Of a stretch of DNA of 64,000 bases, positions 9,169 through 18,506 are shown one piece after another. The stretch lies in NCBI GenBank assembly GCA_011525805.1, contig WYBR01000013.1, forward strand, positions 64,768 through 128,767, given 5' to 3'. Each line of letters starts with the position of its first letter. The first letter of the stretch is position 1. A model generated the notes under the pieces. It did no database searches and was not told the origin of the DNA. It saw only the letters and a list, made by a program, of their open reading frames with translations. Position numbers and translations under genes: made by a program. This stretch comes from Vicinamibacteraceae bacterium (GTDB lineage Bacteria > Planctomycetota > Phycisphaerae > Phycisphaerales > UBA5793).

Positions 9169-10298
9169 TGTCCAATACCTCCCCCTGGACTATCGCCCTC
9201 ATCACCGGCACCCGCGCCGACTACGGCTTGCTCCGCTCCATCATGCGCGCCATCAACGCATCGCCCGACCTCCATCTCCAGACCGTCGTCACCGGCGCGC
9301 ACCTGCTGCCCGATGTGAATACGCGCGCTGAAGTCGCCGCCGAGTTTAGCATCGCTGCCGACGTTCCCATGCAGCAGCCCGGCGCCATCGGTCGCATCGC
9401 CGACGTCATCGCGCTCGGCCGCGGCATCTCCGGCATGGCGGAGGCCTTCACCAGGCTCAAGCCCGACGTCGTCCTCGTCCTCGGCGATCGCATCGAGGCC
9501 TTCGCCGCCGCGTCCGCCGCCAGCGTGGCCGGCCTCCTCCTCGCCCACGTCCACGGCGGCGACCGCGCTGAGGGCGTCGCGGACGAGGCCATGCGCCACG
9601 CCATCACCAAACTCGCGCACGTCCATTTCCCCGCGACCGCGCAGAGCGCCGCGCGCATCGCTCGCATGGGGGAGCGTGAAGATTCGATCCACCTCGTCGG
9701 CTCGCCCGCGATCGATGATCTCGCATCGTTCGCGCCATTCGCCGATGCCCGACTCTCCGCCCTTAGTCTCGACCCCGCGAGGCCTATCGCCGTCGTGCTC
9801 CATCACCCCTCTGGGCTGCCCGATGCGATCGAATACGCCACGATGTCCGCCATCATTGCCGCCATCGACGGCTCCGCCTTTCGCTCGAATGTAATATACC
9901 TCGCTCCGAATCACGACCCCGGCCGCGCGGCGGTCCTCCGCGCTCTCGGCGACCGGCCCTGGACCTCCCATCTTCCCCGAGCCGAGTTCATCGGCCTGCT
10001 TCGCCGCGCGGCCGTGCTCATCGGCAACTCCTCGGCCGGCCTCATCGAGGCTGCTGCGCTGGGCCTGCCGGCGATCAACATCGGCCCGCGACAGGCCGGC
10101 CGCGAGAGAGCGGACAACGTAATAGACGTCGCTGACGCTGCGCCCGAGTCAATCGCCGCCGCGATCGAGCAGGCCGCCCGCCATCCCCGCTCCAGCACCC
10201 ACCCCTACGGCGACGGCCGCGCCGGTGAGCGCATTGCGGAAGTCCTTACTTCCCTTCGCGTCAATCCGCCCGCCATTCGCAAGCACAACGCCTATTAG
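9168..10298 (+). CDS. neuC: UDP-N-acetylglucosamine 2-epimerase (hydrolysing type)
   Basis: N-terminus IALITGTRADYGLLRSIMRAI...VVTGAHLL and the later HVHGGDR and GNSSAGLIEA motifs are typical of NeuC/WecB-family epimerases. Translationally coupled to neuB. Confidence 0.85.
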   Translation: MSNTSPWTIALITGTRADYGLLRSIMRAINASPDLHLQTVVTGAHLLPDVNTRAEVAAEFSIAADVPMQQPGAIGRIADVIALGRGISGMAEAFTRLKPDVVLVLGDRIEAFAAASAASVAGLLLAHVHGGDRAEGVADEAMRHAITKLAHVHFPATAQSAARIARMGEREDSIHLVGSPAIDDLASFAPFADARLSALSLDPARPIAVVLHHPSGLPDAIEYATMSAIIAAIDGSAFRSNVIYLAPNHDPGRAAVLRALGDRPWTSHLPRAEFIGLLRRAAVLIGNSSAGLIEAAALGLPAINIGPRQAGRERADNVIDVADAAPESIAAAIEQAARHPRSSTHPYGDGRAGERIAEVLTSLRVNPPAIRKHNAY

Positions 10299-10493
10299 TA
10301 GGCGGAGCATGGGCGTCTCGCCCGTGCGAACATGGCAACACACGCTGAGCCAGCGTGAAGCGTCAGCAAGGCATCTGCCGTGCGGGGGCGCAACACCGTT
10401 CGTCGTCGCTCGCGCTTCCGCCTGGTTTCGAGCGTCGCCGGCGGATCGTTCCGCGCTCGCGGTCAGCCCGGCGACTTCTACGGCCTGCGACGA

Positions 10494-11066
10494 TCAGCAC
10501 TCCATCCCCACGCGCGGCGTCACGCGTTCCGCTTCGCTGTCCAACTCGAAATACTCCCCCGCCCTGAAACTGAACATCCCGGCCACAAGGCTCGACGGAA
10601 TGGTCTCACAGAGTTGGCGCATCTCGCGAGTGTTGGCGTTGTAGAAGCGGCGGGCGGCGGCGATGCGGTCCTCCGTCAGGGCCAGTTCGCGCTGCAACTC
10701 GAGAAAGTGGGCATCAGCCTTGATCTGCGGGTAGCGCTCGACGAGCGCGAACAACTGCTTGACGCCGAGCATCAGGGCCGTCTCATCGCGCCCCTGTGAT
10801 GAGGCGCCGCCGCGGCTGGCCTCCGCCGCGTTGCGCAGCGCAATGACCTTCTCGAGCACCTCCCTCTCGTGCGCGGCGTAGCCCTTCACCGTGGCCACGA
10901 GGTTGGGGATCAACTCGTAGCGCCGCTTGAGTTCAACGTCGATGCCCGACCACGACTCCGCCACGTGCTGACGCAGCGACACAAGTCGGTTGTAGATGAC
11001 CAGCACGTAAATGAGCGGCACGAGGAGAATCAGCGCGGCGACGCCGAGGGGGATGAGCCACTGCAT
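10494..11066 (-). CDS. lemA: LemA family protein
   Basis: Track ORF 10494..11285 trimmed to the ATG at 11066 (MQWLIPLGVAALILLVPLIYVLVIYNRLV...). The TM helix plus NRLV...ELKRRYELIPNLV...YPQIKADAHFLELQRELALTEDRIAAARRFYN match the LemA signature. Confidence 0.85.
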   Translation of the reverse strand: MQWLIPLGVAALILLVPLIYVLVIYNRLVSLRQHVAESWSGIDVELKRRYELIPNLVATVKGYAAHEREVLEKVIALRNAAEASRGGASSQGRDETALMLGVKQLFALVERYPQIKADAHFLELQRELALTEDRIAAARRFYNANTREMRQLCETIPSSLVAGMFSFRAGEYFELDSEAERVTPRVGMEC

Positions 11067-11067
11067 G

Positions 11068-11289
11068 TCAGCATCCTCCTTCGGACTCGCCACGCGGGCC
11101 CCACACCGCCGCGTAGAAGACCGATCCGAGCAGGAAGACCACACCCAGGCACAGAAGAAACGCGACGGAATCGACAATCGACATGCCCAAAGCCCAGGCG
11201 ACGACCGCGCCGGCGCCGAACCACAGCATCGCGGCGACGGCGAGGCGAGCGAGGATCTGCCGCGTGTTGAGCCGGACGCGTTCACTCAT
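11068..11289 (-). CDS. Small two-TM hypothetical protein
   Basis: 73 codons starting MSERVRLNTRQILARLAVAAMLWFGAGAVVAWAL...LLCLGVVFLLGSVFYAAVW. Its stop (11070-11068) lies 1 nt before the lemA ATG, and its start overlaps the upstream small ORF by 8 nt. Supported only by packing and hydrophobicity. Confidence 0.45.
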   Translation of the reverse strand: MSERVRLNTRQILARLAVAAMLWFGAGAVVAWALGMSIVDSVAFLLCLGVVFLLGSVFYAAVWGPRGESEGGC

Positions 11290-11503
11290 CGTTGCGGAAC
11301 TCGACTTCACGAATGCGCGTCTCGCGGACGATGACATCGCCGCGCCGCTCCTCGCGCCGGGAGGCTTCGATGACTTGTCGGTCGGAATCCTCCGAGGCGC
11401 CGCCGCGCCCGCTGGTGGAAACGTCCTGCCGCACGGCCCTGATGATGTGGCCGAAGAACTCGCCAATGCAGCGCATAAGCGGCTTTTTGTCCTGCGGCGT
11501 CAT
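11282..11503 (-). CDS. Small hypothetical soluble protein
   Basis: 73 codons (MTPQDKKPLMRCIGEFFGHIIRAVRQDV...VIVRETRIREVEFRNDE). The ATG at 11503 lies 1 nt after the nuoE stop (TGAgATG). No family recognised. An alternative start is the ATG at 11473. Confidence 0.4.
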   Translation of the reverse strand: MTPQDKKPLMRCIGEFFGHIIRAVRQDVSTSGRGGASEDSDRQVIEASRREERRGDVIVRETRIREVEFRNDE

Positions 11504-11504
11504 C

Positions 11505-12050
11505 TCACTCCTGCCCGCGCTCCCGCCGGCGGATCTCATCAATGAGCCGGTCGATCTGCTCAATCGTAAGCAGGTCGTGTCGCTCGTCGTTAACGAGCGC
11601 GCAGGGGGCGGTGTCGCACGCGCCGAGGCACTCCATGCAGCGCAGCGTGAAGAGGCCGTCGGGCGTCGTCTCATGCGGTTCGATGCCGAGTTTGCCCCGC
11701 AGGTGATCGACGATCTTCTCATGCCCGCACGCTTCGCACGCGATCGACTGACACACGCCGATGATGTACTTGCCGACGGGGTGGAAGAAAAACTCCTCAT
11801 AGAACGAGGCCGTGTCGAGCACCTGCGCCGGCGCCAGGCCGAGGAATTCGGCCACTTCGTGCAGCGCCTGGTGCGGCAGAAACCCGACGTGATGCTGCAC
11901 CTCGTGCAGCACCGGCAGCAGCGCCGCCATCTTCGTCTCGTAGCGCGGCAGGATGCGCTGGCTGAGGTCCTCGCGCATCGCCTCCGTCAGGTACGGCTCA
12001 TCGCGCCGCTCGATCTCCATCGTCGCCGAATTCTTGGTGATCCACGCCAT
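11505..12050 (-). CDS. nuoE: NADH-quinone oxidoreductase subunit E (2Fe-2S)
   Basis: 181 aa. Carries LLPVLHEVQHHVGFLP...ASFYEEFFFHPVGKYIIGVCQSIACEACG...CMECLGACDTAPCALVN, the classic NuoE / 24-kDa subunit Cys pattern. Confidence 0.9.
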   Translation of the reverse strand: MAWITKNSATMEIERRDEPYLTEAMREDLSQRILPRYETKMAALLPVLHEVQHHVGFLPHQALHEVAEFLGLAPAQVLDTASFYEEFFFHPVGKYIIGVCQSIACEACGHEKIVDHLRGKLGIEPHETTPDGLFTLRCMECLGACDTAPCALVNDERHDLLTIEQIDRLIDEIRRRERGQE

Positions 12051-12064
12051 GAGTTGACCCTGCT

Positions 12065-13354
12065 TCAGCGATCCAGTTCCGCCGCGATGATGTTGAGGCT
12101 GCCGAGGATGGCAACCGCGTCGGAGAGGAGGTGCCCCTCGAGCATCTTCGGGAAGGACTGATAGTTAATGAAGGATGGCGGCCTCGTCCGCGCCCGCCAC
12201 GAGCGCGGCCCGCCGTCGGAGACGATGTAATATCCTAGTTCGCCGTTGGCCGTCTCCTGGCAGGCGTAGACCTCGGCGACGGGCGCCTTCCAGCCGCGAT
12301 TGGTCATGATGATCTCGAAGTGCTGGATGAGCCCTTCGATCGAGCCGTAGACCTGGCTCTTGTCGGGCTTGACGAACTTGCCGTCGGCATACGTGTCCAC
12401 CGGCCCGCCGGGAATGTCATCAATGAGTTGGCGGATGATCTCGACCGACTGGCGGATCTCAAAGAGGCGCACGTAGTACCGGCTGAAGACGTCCCCCTCG
12501 TTCATCACCGCGACCTTGAACTTCACGGCGGCGCTCCCCTGACCGTCCCAGTTGTCGGCGAAGCAGAGGTACGGCTCATCCTTGCGCACGTCGCGCCGCA
12601 CGCCCGAGGCCCGCGCCACCGGGCCGGAGAGGCTCCACGCGATCGCCTCTTGGGCGCTGATCACGCCGATGCCCTGGGTGCGGTCGAGAAAGATGCGGTT
12701 GCGGTTGAGCAGCGTTTCGAGGTCGTCCAGCGCCGGCGGCATCTCCTCGTCAATGAAGCGCTTGACGAGCGTGCGGAACGTCGCCTCGTCGGGCAGGTCG
12801 CGCATCAGACCGCCGACGCGCGTCCAGTCGGGATGGAAGCGCTGGCCGGAGATGTAGTCGCACAGGTCGTTGATGCGCTCGCGCTGGTTGAATCCGTAGA
12901 GGAAGCCGGTGAAGGCGCCAAGGTCGAGCGCCGCCGTGCCGACGCACAGGAGATGGTCCTGGATGCGACCGATCTCGTGCATGATCGTTCGCAGCACCTT
13001 GCAGCGCGGCGTGATCTCGATTCCAAAGAGCCTCTCCACCGCGTGGTGCCAGGCGATGTCGTTGGCGATCGGCGAGATGTAGTTCATCCGGCTCACCGTG
13101 CAGACGTACTGGTTGTAGTCGTGGTGCTCGGCGAGTTTCTCAAAGCCCGAGTGCAAGTAGCCGATGTGCGGCGTCACGCGCACGACGCGCTCGCCGTCCA
13201 GTTCCATGACCAGGCGCAGCGTCGTGTGCGTGGCGGGGTGCTGCGGGCCGAAGTTCAACACCCATCGCTCGCCCGAGTCCGCGTGATCGCTCAGGTAATC
13301 GAGCCGTTCATCGTCGAGGTCGATGGCGTCGATCGGCTTGATCGTGTAGGGCAT
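12065..13354 (-). CDS. nuoD: NADH-quinone oxidoreductase subunit D
   Basis: 429 aa. Carries NFGPQHPATHTTLRLVMELDGERV, IGYLHSGFEKL and a C-terminal SLNIIAAELDR, all hallmark NuoD / 49-kDa motifs. Confidence 0.93.
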   Translation of the reverse strand: MPYTIKPIDAIDLDDERLDYLSDHADSGERWVLNFGPQHPATHTTLRLVMELDGERVVRVTPHIGYLHSGFEKLAEHHDYNQYVCTVSRMNYISPIANDIAWHHAVERLFGIEITPRCKVLRTIMHEIGRIQDHLLCVGTAALDLGAFTGFLYGFNQRERINDLCDYISGQRFHPDWTRVGGLMRDLPDEATFRTLVKRFIDEEMPPALDDLETLLNRNRIFLDRTQGIGVISAQEAIAWSLSGPVARASGVRRDVRKDEPYLCFADNWDGQGSAAVKFKVAVMNEGDVFSRYYVRLFEIRQSVEIIRQLIDDIPGGPVDTYADGKFVKPDKSQVYGSIEGLIQHFEIIMTNRGWKAPVAEVYACQETANGELGYYIVSDGGPRSWRARTRPPSFINYQSFPKMLEGHLLSDAVAILGSLNIIAAELDR

Positions 13355-13456
13355 GGTTCGCTCGAATCCCGTGAGGCTGGTGGAGCGGCATCATAGGGTC
13401 GATCGCGCCGCGCCGACGCCCCTTCTCGTCGGGCGACGACCGGCGGCCGCGGCGGC

Positions 13457-13720
13457 TCAGAACCCCGCCATCTGCCCGGCATAGCGGCGATAGAGCCGGC
13501 CGAGGTAGACGCCCAGAATCACGGCCCCGGCCAGCATGGCGATCCCCGTGATCAGGCCGGAAACATCGGCGCTGGACGAGGCGTCGAGCACCTCCAGGTC
13601 GCCCCCCGGCGCCGCCGCCGGCGCTGCGAACCAGTAGTCGTACAACTCCCATCCCCCGTAGCCGAGCATGAAGACGATCGCGGAGGCAATGAGCAACTGG
13701 TGAAAGACGATGAGTTTCAT
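13457..13720 (-). CDS. Small two-TM hypothetical protein
   Basis: Track ORF 13457..13828 trimmed to the ATG at 13720 (MKLIVFHQLLIASAIVFMLGYGGWELY...GLITGIAMLAGAVILGVYLG). Lies upstream of nuoD on the same strand. Confidence 0.45.
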   Translation of the reverse strand: MKLIVFHQLLIASAIVFMLGYGGWELYDYWFAAPAAAPGGDLEVLDASSSADVSGLITGIAMLAGAVILGVYLGRLYRRYAGQMAGF

Positions 13721-13869
13721 GGCGTCAATTGATTGTAGGGAGGCCGGATTGGAAGTGGCTTTGCGGGTTTGCCCCACCTCCGCAGGTGTGACGGGGAGTC
13801 TAGAATCGACCGTCCCGCGACCCTTCACGCCAGCTCGACACCCGAAGAGAGGACAGAGGCTTGTCCACC

Positions 13870-15528
13870 ATGAGCGCGATCCGCAAGGAACCCGGCACCA
13901 CCACCGACGCGGTCAGGCCCTCCGTTGACCCCCACGCGCTGAGCCTCTCGGGATACGTCGTCGATCGCGTCTACCGCCCCGACTCCGTCGCCGGCCGCGA
14001 CTACGCGTCGCACGTGGCCGATCCCGGGCAGTTCCCCTTCACGCGCGGCATCCATCCCGGCATGTACCGCGACCGCCTCTGGACGATGCGGCAGTTCGCC
14101 GGCTTTGGAAGCGCCGACGACACGAACCGCCGATTCAAGTATCTCCTCGAACAGGCCAAGGGCACGCACGCCAACACCGGCCTTTCGACCGCCTTCGACC
14201 TCCCCACGCTCATGGGGCGCGACAGCGATGATCCGCTCTCGACCGGCGAAGTCGGCCGCTGCGGCGTGGCGATCGACACCATCGAGGACATGCATCGCCT
14301 TTACGCCGACATCCCCATCGACCACGTGACCGTCAGCCAGACGATCAACGGCCCCGCCGCGATCATCTGGGCGATGTACCTCGCGATGGCGCGGCAGCGC
14401 GGCTTTGACTGGACCACCCTCGGCGGCACGCTTCAGAACGACATCCTCAAAGAGTTCCACGCCCAGAACGAGTTCATCTTCCCGCCGGAAGCCTCCACCA
14501 AACTCGTCATCGACACCATCGAGTTTCAGTCGATGCACGTCCCGCGCTGGAACAGCGTCTCGATCTCCGGCTACCACATCCGCGAGGCGGGCTCGACGGC
14601 GACGCAGGAACTCGCCTTCACCCTGCGCGACGGCATGGAGTACGTCGAGTGGAGCATTCGCCGCGGGCTGGATGTCGACGAGTTCGCGCCGCGCCTCTCC
14701 TTCTTCTTCAACAGCCACAACGAGTTCTTCGAGGAGATCTGCAAACTCCGCGCCGCCCGCCGCATCTGGGCCCGCATGATGCGCGACCGCTACAAGGCAA
14801 AGAACCCGCGCTCCTGGCTCATGCGCACCCACGTCCAGACCGCCGGTTGCTCGCTCACCGAGCAGCAGCCCTACAACAACATCATCCGCGTCGCCTACCA
14901 GGCGATGGCGGGCGTCCTCGGCGGATGCCAGAGCCTTCACACCGACAGCATGGACGAGACACTCGGCCTGCCCACCGAACAGGCCGTCACCATCGCCCTG
15001 CGCACTCAGCAGATCCTCGCGCACGAGACCGGCGTGACGCGCGCGGCCGACCCGCTCGGCGGCTCGTACTACGTCGAGTCCCTCACCGACAAGATGGAGC
15101 GCGACGCCCTCGAAATCATCCACGAGATCGACGACATGGGCGGCGTGATCGGGGGCATCACCCGCGGCTACTTCCGACGCGCCATCGCCGAGGCGTCGTA
15201 TCGCTTCGGACAGGAAATGGAGCGCGGCGACCGGATCATCGTCGGCGTCAACGCCTACGTGGACGAGAACGAGAAGCGCAACGTCGAAATCCTGCAGATC
15301 AGCCACCAGGTCGAGACCGAACAGATCCGGCGCCTCAACGAGTTCAAGAGCCGCCGCGACATGCGCAAGGTCGCGGCCGCGCTCGAGCGCATCCGCGAGT
15401 CCGCCCGCGACGACCAGAACGTCATGCCCAGCCTCGTGGACGGCGCCGAGGCGAACTGCACCCTCGGCGAAATGGTCCAGGCCCTCGCCGACGTCTACGG
15501 CCGCTACAGCGGCGGCCCGGAGTGGTGA
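13870..15528 (+). CDS. Methylmalonyl-CoA / acyl-CoA mutase, catalytic (substrate-binding) chain without a B12-binding domain
   Basis: About 550 aa. Carries [44 protein letters not shown] and TQELAFTL, typical of the MCM large-subunit N-terminal barrel. No C-terminal DxHxxG cobalamin domain. ATG at 13870 preferred over the TTG at 13861. Confidence 0.9.
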   Translation: MSAIRKEPGTTTDAVRPSVDPHALSLSGYVVDRVYRPDSVAGRDYASHVADPGQFPFTRGIHPGMYRDRLWTMRQFAGFGSADDTNRRFKYLLEQAKGTHANTGLSTAFDLPTLMGRDSDDPLSTGEVGRCGVAIDTIEDMHRLYADIPIDHVTVSQTINGPAAIIWAMYLAMARQRGFDWTTLGGTLQNDILKEFHAQNEFIFPPEASTKLVIDTIEFQSMHVPRWNSVSISGYHIREAGSTATQELAFTLRDGMEYVEWSIRRGLDVDEFAPRLSFFFNSHNEFFEEICKLRAARRIWARMMRDRYKAKNPRSWLMRTHVQTAGCSLTEQQPYNNIIRVAYQAMAGVLGGCQSLHTDSMDETLGLPTEQAVTIALRTQQILAHETGVTRAADPLGGSYYVESLTDKMERDALEIIHEIDDMGGVIGGITRGYFRRAIAEASYRFGQEMERGDRIIVGVNAYVDENEKRNVEILQISHQVETEQIRRLNEFKSRRDMRKVAAALERIRESARDDQNVMPSLVDGAEANCTLGEMVQALADVYGRYSGGPEW

Positions 15529-15576
15529 GCCGCTCGCGGCTTCGGGAGACCTCGGTGTCGCAAAGCACGGGAGTCT

Positions 15577-15831
15577 GTGATGCACGCCAACGAACTTCGT
15601 CGCCGCCTCAAGGCCGAGCCCTTCATGCCCTTCACCATCAACATGTCGGACGGGCGCAAGTTTCCCGTTCGCCACCCCGAACTGCTTCATATCTTTCCGG
15701 GCATGGAGCGCATCGCCGTGCTCGGCCTGCCGGAAGAAGAAGCCACGGAAGTCCTCTCCCTGATTCACATCGCGTCGATCACCGTGAACGAGAAGAACGG
15801 CCGCTCCCGAGGTCGAAAGAAGGCCGGCTGA
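15577..15831 (+). CDS. Small hypothetical protein
   Basis: 84-aa ORF with balanced composition (MMHANELRRRLKAEPFMPFTINMSDGRKFPVRHPELL...), located in an otherwise gene-free gap. No family recognised. Confidence 0.4.
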   Translation: MMHANELRRRLKAEPFMPFTINMSDGRKFPVRHPELLHIFPGMERIAVLGLPEEEATEVLSLIHIASITVNEKNGRSRGRKKAG

Positions 15832-16015
15832 TCCGCTTGCGTCTTCGCCTCCCCGTTCACACTTCTGTAATCTTCCGAAAAACGGGACAATCGCGACGCC
15901 CCTCCTGCATCCCGGCGGTACGATCGGTCACAACGACGGGATGAGACGCGACCGCCGTGGTCGCGTCGTTCCCCGTCCCGTCGATCACGGACACCCGACT
16001 GCAAGGAGCCAGAGA

Positions 16016-16504
16016 ATGAGCAACGTCAATCCCATCCCCGAGGGCTGCGCCGGCCTGATCCCTCATCTCGTCGTGCAGGGCTGCGACAAGGCCCTCGACT
16101 TCTATAAGAAGGCCTTCGGCGCCGAGGAAATCTGCCGCATGCCCGCGCCCGATGGCCGCGTGATGCACGCCGAGGTCCGCATCGGCGCGACGATGATCTT
16201 CCTCGCCGACGACTTCCCCGAGTACTGCGGCGGCAAAGCCCGCAATCCCAAGGCGCTGGGCAACACGCCCGTCACCCTCCACCAGTACGTCAAGAACTGC
16301 GATGCGGCCATCGACCGCGCCGCCAAGGCCGGCGCGGCCGTCACCATGCCCGCCGCCGACATGTTCTGGGGCGACCGCTACGGCGTCATCACCGATCCGT
16401 TTGGTCACTCGTGGGCCTTCGCCACCCACATCAAGGACATGACTCCCGAGGAAATGTCCCAGGCCGCCGAGGCCGCCTTCGCCGGCACCGGCAGCGGAAA
16501 CTGA
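16016..16504 (+). CDS. VOC / glyoxalase-family protein (PhnB-like)
   Basis: Track ORF trimmed to the ATG at 16016 (MSNVNPIPEG...). IPHLVV...A.DFYKKAFGAEE...HAEVRIGATMIFLADDFPE...FWGDRYGVITDPFGHSWAFATH matches the PhnB-like VOC pattern. Confidence 0.8.
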   Translation: MSNVNPIPEGCAGLIPHLVVQGCDKALDFYKKAFGAEEICRMPAPDGRVMHAEVRIGATMIFLADDFPEYCGGKARNPKALGNTPVTLHQYVKNCDAAIDRAAKAGAAVTMPAADMFWGDRYGVITDPFGHSWAFATHIKDMTPEEMSQAAEAAFAGTGSGN

Positions 16505-16527
16505 CTCATCCCGCTTCCTCCTGCGAC

Positions 16528-16563
16528 GTTTCGGGCCGCCGCACCAGCGCGGCGGCCCGAAAC
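16528..16563 (+). terminator. GC-rich hairpin downstream of the VOC gene (candidate terminator, no U-tract)
   Basis: GTTTCGGGCCGCCGC-accagc-GCGGCGGCCCGAAAC forms a 15-bp perfect stem 24 nt after the stop at 16504. Confidence 0.45.
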
Positions 16564-16787
16564 GACCGCACCCAACCCGCTCCGCCGTGCCGGCGCCGAG
16601 CGCTCGACTCAACGCACGCCTTCCGACCGACAACCCAACCACGCGCAGCAGCCGCCCCGCCTCAGCAGAGTTCGGGGCGGTTTTCTCGTGGCGACTGATC
16701 CCTCTGACGTTCAGGATTGAACGGAGCAGTCCGCGACGAATGCCGCGGCGCTGCATGGCGTTTCGCACGACGCCGGGAGGATCGGAC

Positions 16788-18344
16788 ATGAGACGCTCGC
16801 CCGCAACATGCTTGGCCCACGCCGCCGTGATCGCCGTCGTCATTCTCCCCCTCGGCGTACGCACGACGCCATCCGCGCTGGCGCAGCGCTGCGAAGCCGA
16901 CGAAGTCGCGCAACTCGTTCCCTCCGGCGGCGGAGAGTTGTTCTTCGGCCGCTCCATCTCCATCTCGGGCGACCGCGTGGTCGCGGGGACCTTCCGCGAT
17001 CGGGCGTTCGTCTTCCGCCAGGAAGCCGAGCGATACGTCGAAGAGGCGATGCTCGTGCCTCCGGACGGCGGGATTCTCGATACGTTCAGCACGGCGGTGG
17101 CGATCTCCGGCGACTGGATCGCCATCGGCTCGCCCCAGCACGACCACCTCGCCTACGACGCCGGCGCCGTCTATCTCTACAGGCGCGATGGCGGCGGGCC
17201 GTGGACCTTCCACTCGGAGTTGTTCGCGCCCGACGGCTCCGAAACTCACTTCTTCGGATGCTCCGTCTCGATGCAAGGCGATGACCTGCTCGTCGGCGCC
17301 TACGGGCACGATGCGCTCGGCCCGACCGCAGGCGCGGCCTACGTCTTCACGCGCGCCGGCGACGAGTGGCCCTGTCGCGCGACGCTGCTGGCGTCGGACG
17401 GCTCTGAGGGTGATCAGTTCGGCTGCTCCGTGAGCCTCTTCGGCGACGCCGCGATCATCGGCGCCTGGCGGGATTCGGACCGCTTCGACGCCGCCGGTTC
17501 CGCCTACATCTTCCGCCGCAACGCCGGCGGCCTCTGGGCGCAGGAAGCCAAACTGATCGCCGCCAACGGAGCCGCAACCGACTGGTTCGGCAGCCAGGTC
17601 GCCATTGCCGGCAACCTGGCGATCGTCGCCGCGCCGCGAGGCTACTACTCCATCTCACACATCGGATCCGCCTACGTCTTCCTCCGCGACGGCGCCCGCT
17701 GGACGCAGGAGGCCGAACTCATCGCGTCCGACGCCCGGGACTACGACGGCTTCGCCGCGGGCGTCGGCATCACCGGAGGTGTCGCGATCGTCGGCGCCAC
17801 ACGCCAGCACAACCAGGGTGTTCAGACCGGCGCAGCGTATCTCTTCCAGCGGATGAGCGACGGCACATGGCTTGAGCGTCTCAAGATGTTCGCCTCCGAC
17901 GGCGCGGCAGGAGACGGTTTCGGTGCTGCGCTCGCAGCCGACGGCGACACGGTCGCCATCAGCGCAACGTATCGCTCGGAGCGAATCGGCGCGGCCTATG
18001 TCTTCGACCTCGACTGCCCCGCCGGACCGCAACTGCACGTCGAGGCGACGTGCCCGCAGGGAGGACCGGTCGCGATCGAGTGGATGAACGCCACGCCCAA
18101 CCACGTCGTCTCTCTGCTCTTCGCCCGGGTGTCGGGCACGGTCCGCATCCCGAATGGCCTTCCCTGCGCCGGCGTCCCGCTCGGCCTCGGGCCGAACCGG
18201 TTGCAGGTCGTGTACCGCGGCCCCTCGGGCGCCAATGGCTCGCGCCGGATCACGGCGGCCGCCGGCCCGCAGGCGTGCGGTGCAAGCGTGCAGTTGCTCG
18301 ACGCCGCCACCTGCCTGCCCGGCAACGTCGTCGTCATCCGATGA
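16788..18344 (+). CDS. Secreted FG-GAP-like beta-propeller repeat protein with a Cys-rich C-terminal domain
   Basis: Track ORF trimmed to the ATG at 16788 (MRRSPATCLAHAAVIAVVILPL, signal-like). About 8 repeats of FG.SVS..GD..IVGA....GAAY.F.R.G..W. The last ~110 aa form a separate 4-Cys domain (see findings). Confidence 0.75.
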   Translation: MRRSPATCLAHAAVIAVVILPLGVRTTPSALAQRCEADEVAQLVPSGGGELFFGRSISISGDRVVAGTFRDRAFVFRQEAERYVEEAMLVPPDGGILDTFSTAVAISGDWIAIGSPQHDHLAYDAGAVYLYRRDGGGPWTFHSELFAPDGSETHFFGCSVSMQGDDLLVGAYGHDALGPTAGAAYVFTRAGDEWPCRATLLASDGSEGDQFGCSVSLFGDAAIIGAWRDSDRFDAAGSAYIFRRNAGGLWAQEAKLIAANGAATDWFGSQVAIAGNLAIVAAPRGYYSISHIGSAYVFLRDGARWTQEAELIASDARDYDGFAAGVGITGGVAIVGATRQHNQGVQTGAAYLFQRMSDGTWLERLKMFASDGAAGDGFGAALAADGDTVAISATYRSERIGAAYVFDLDCPAGPQLHVEATCPQGGPVAIEWMNATPNHVVSLLFARVSGTVRIPNGLPCAGVPLGLGPNRLQVVYRGPSGANGSRRITAAAGPQACGASVQLLDAATCLPGNVVVIR

Positions 18345-18397
18345 TCTCCAGCGCCACCACATGGACCTGCGGCGGCCCGCCCGTCCGGAGCGACAAC

Positions 18398-18423
18398 GCG
18401 ATCAGGGTCGAATGCCTGATCGC
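18398..18423 (+). terminator. Hairpin downstream of the FG-GAP gene
   Basis: GCGATCAGG-gtcgaatg-CCTGATCGC forms a 9-bp stem 54 nt after the stop. No U-tract. Confidence 0.3.
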
Positions 18424-18506
18424 AAGTCGGCGATCTCAATGTAGACTCTTTCAGATGATCGATCGGCAGCCCGTCCGCTCGTCTCTCGTTCTCAGGGGGT
18501 ACTCCC

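Noticed and set aside
13825-15768. 647-aa minus-strand ORF
   Set aside because: Antisense to the acyl-CoA mutase gene. No motifs and typical GC-artefact composition.
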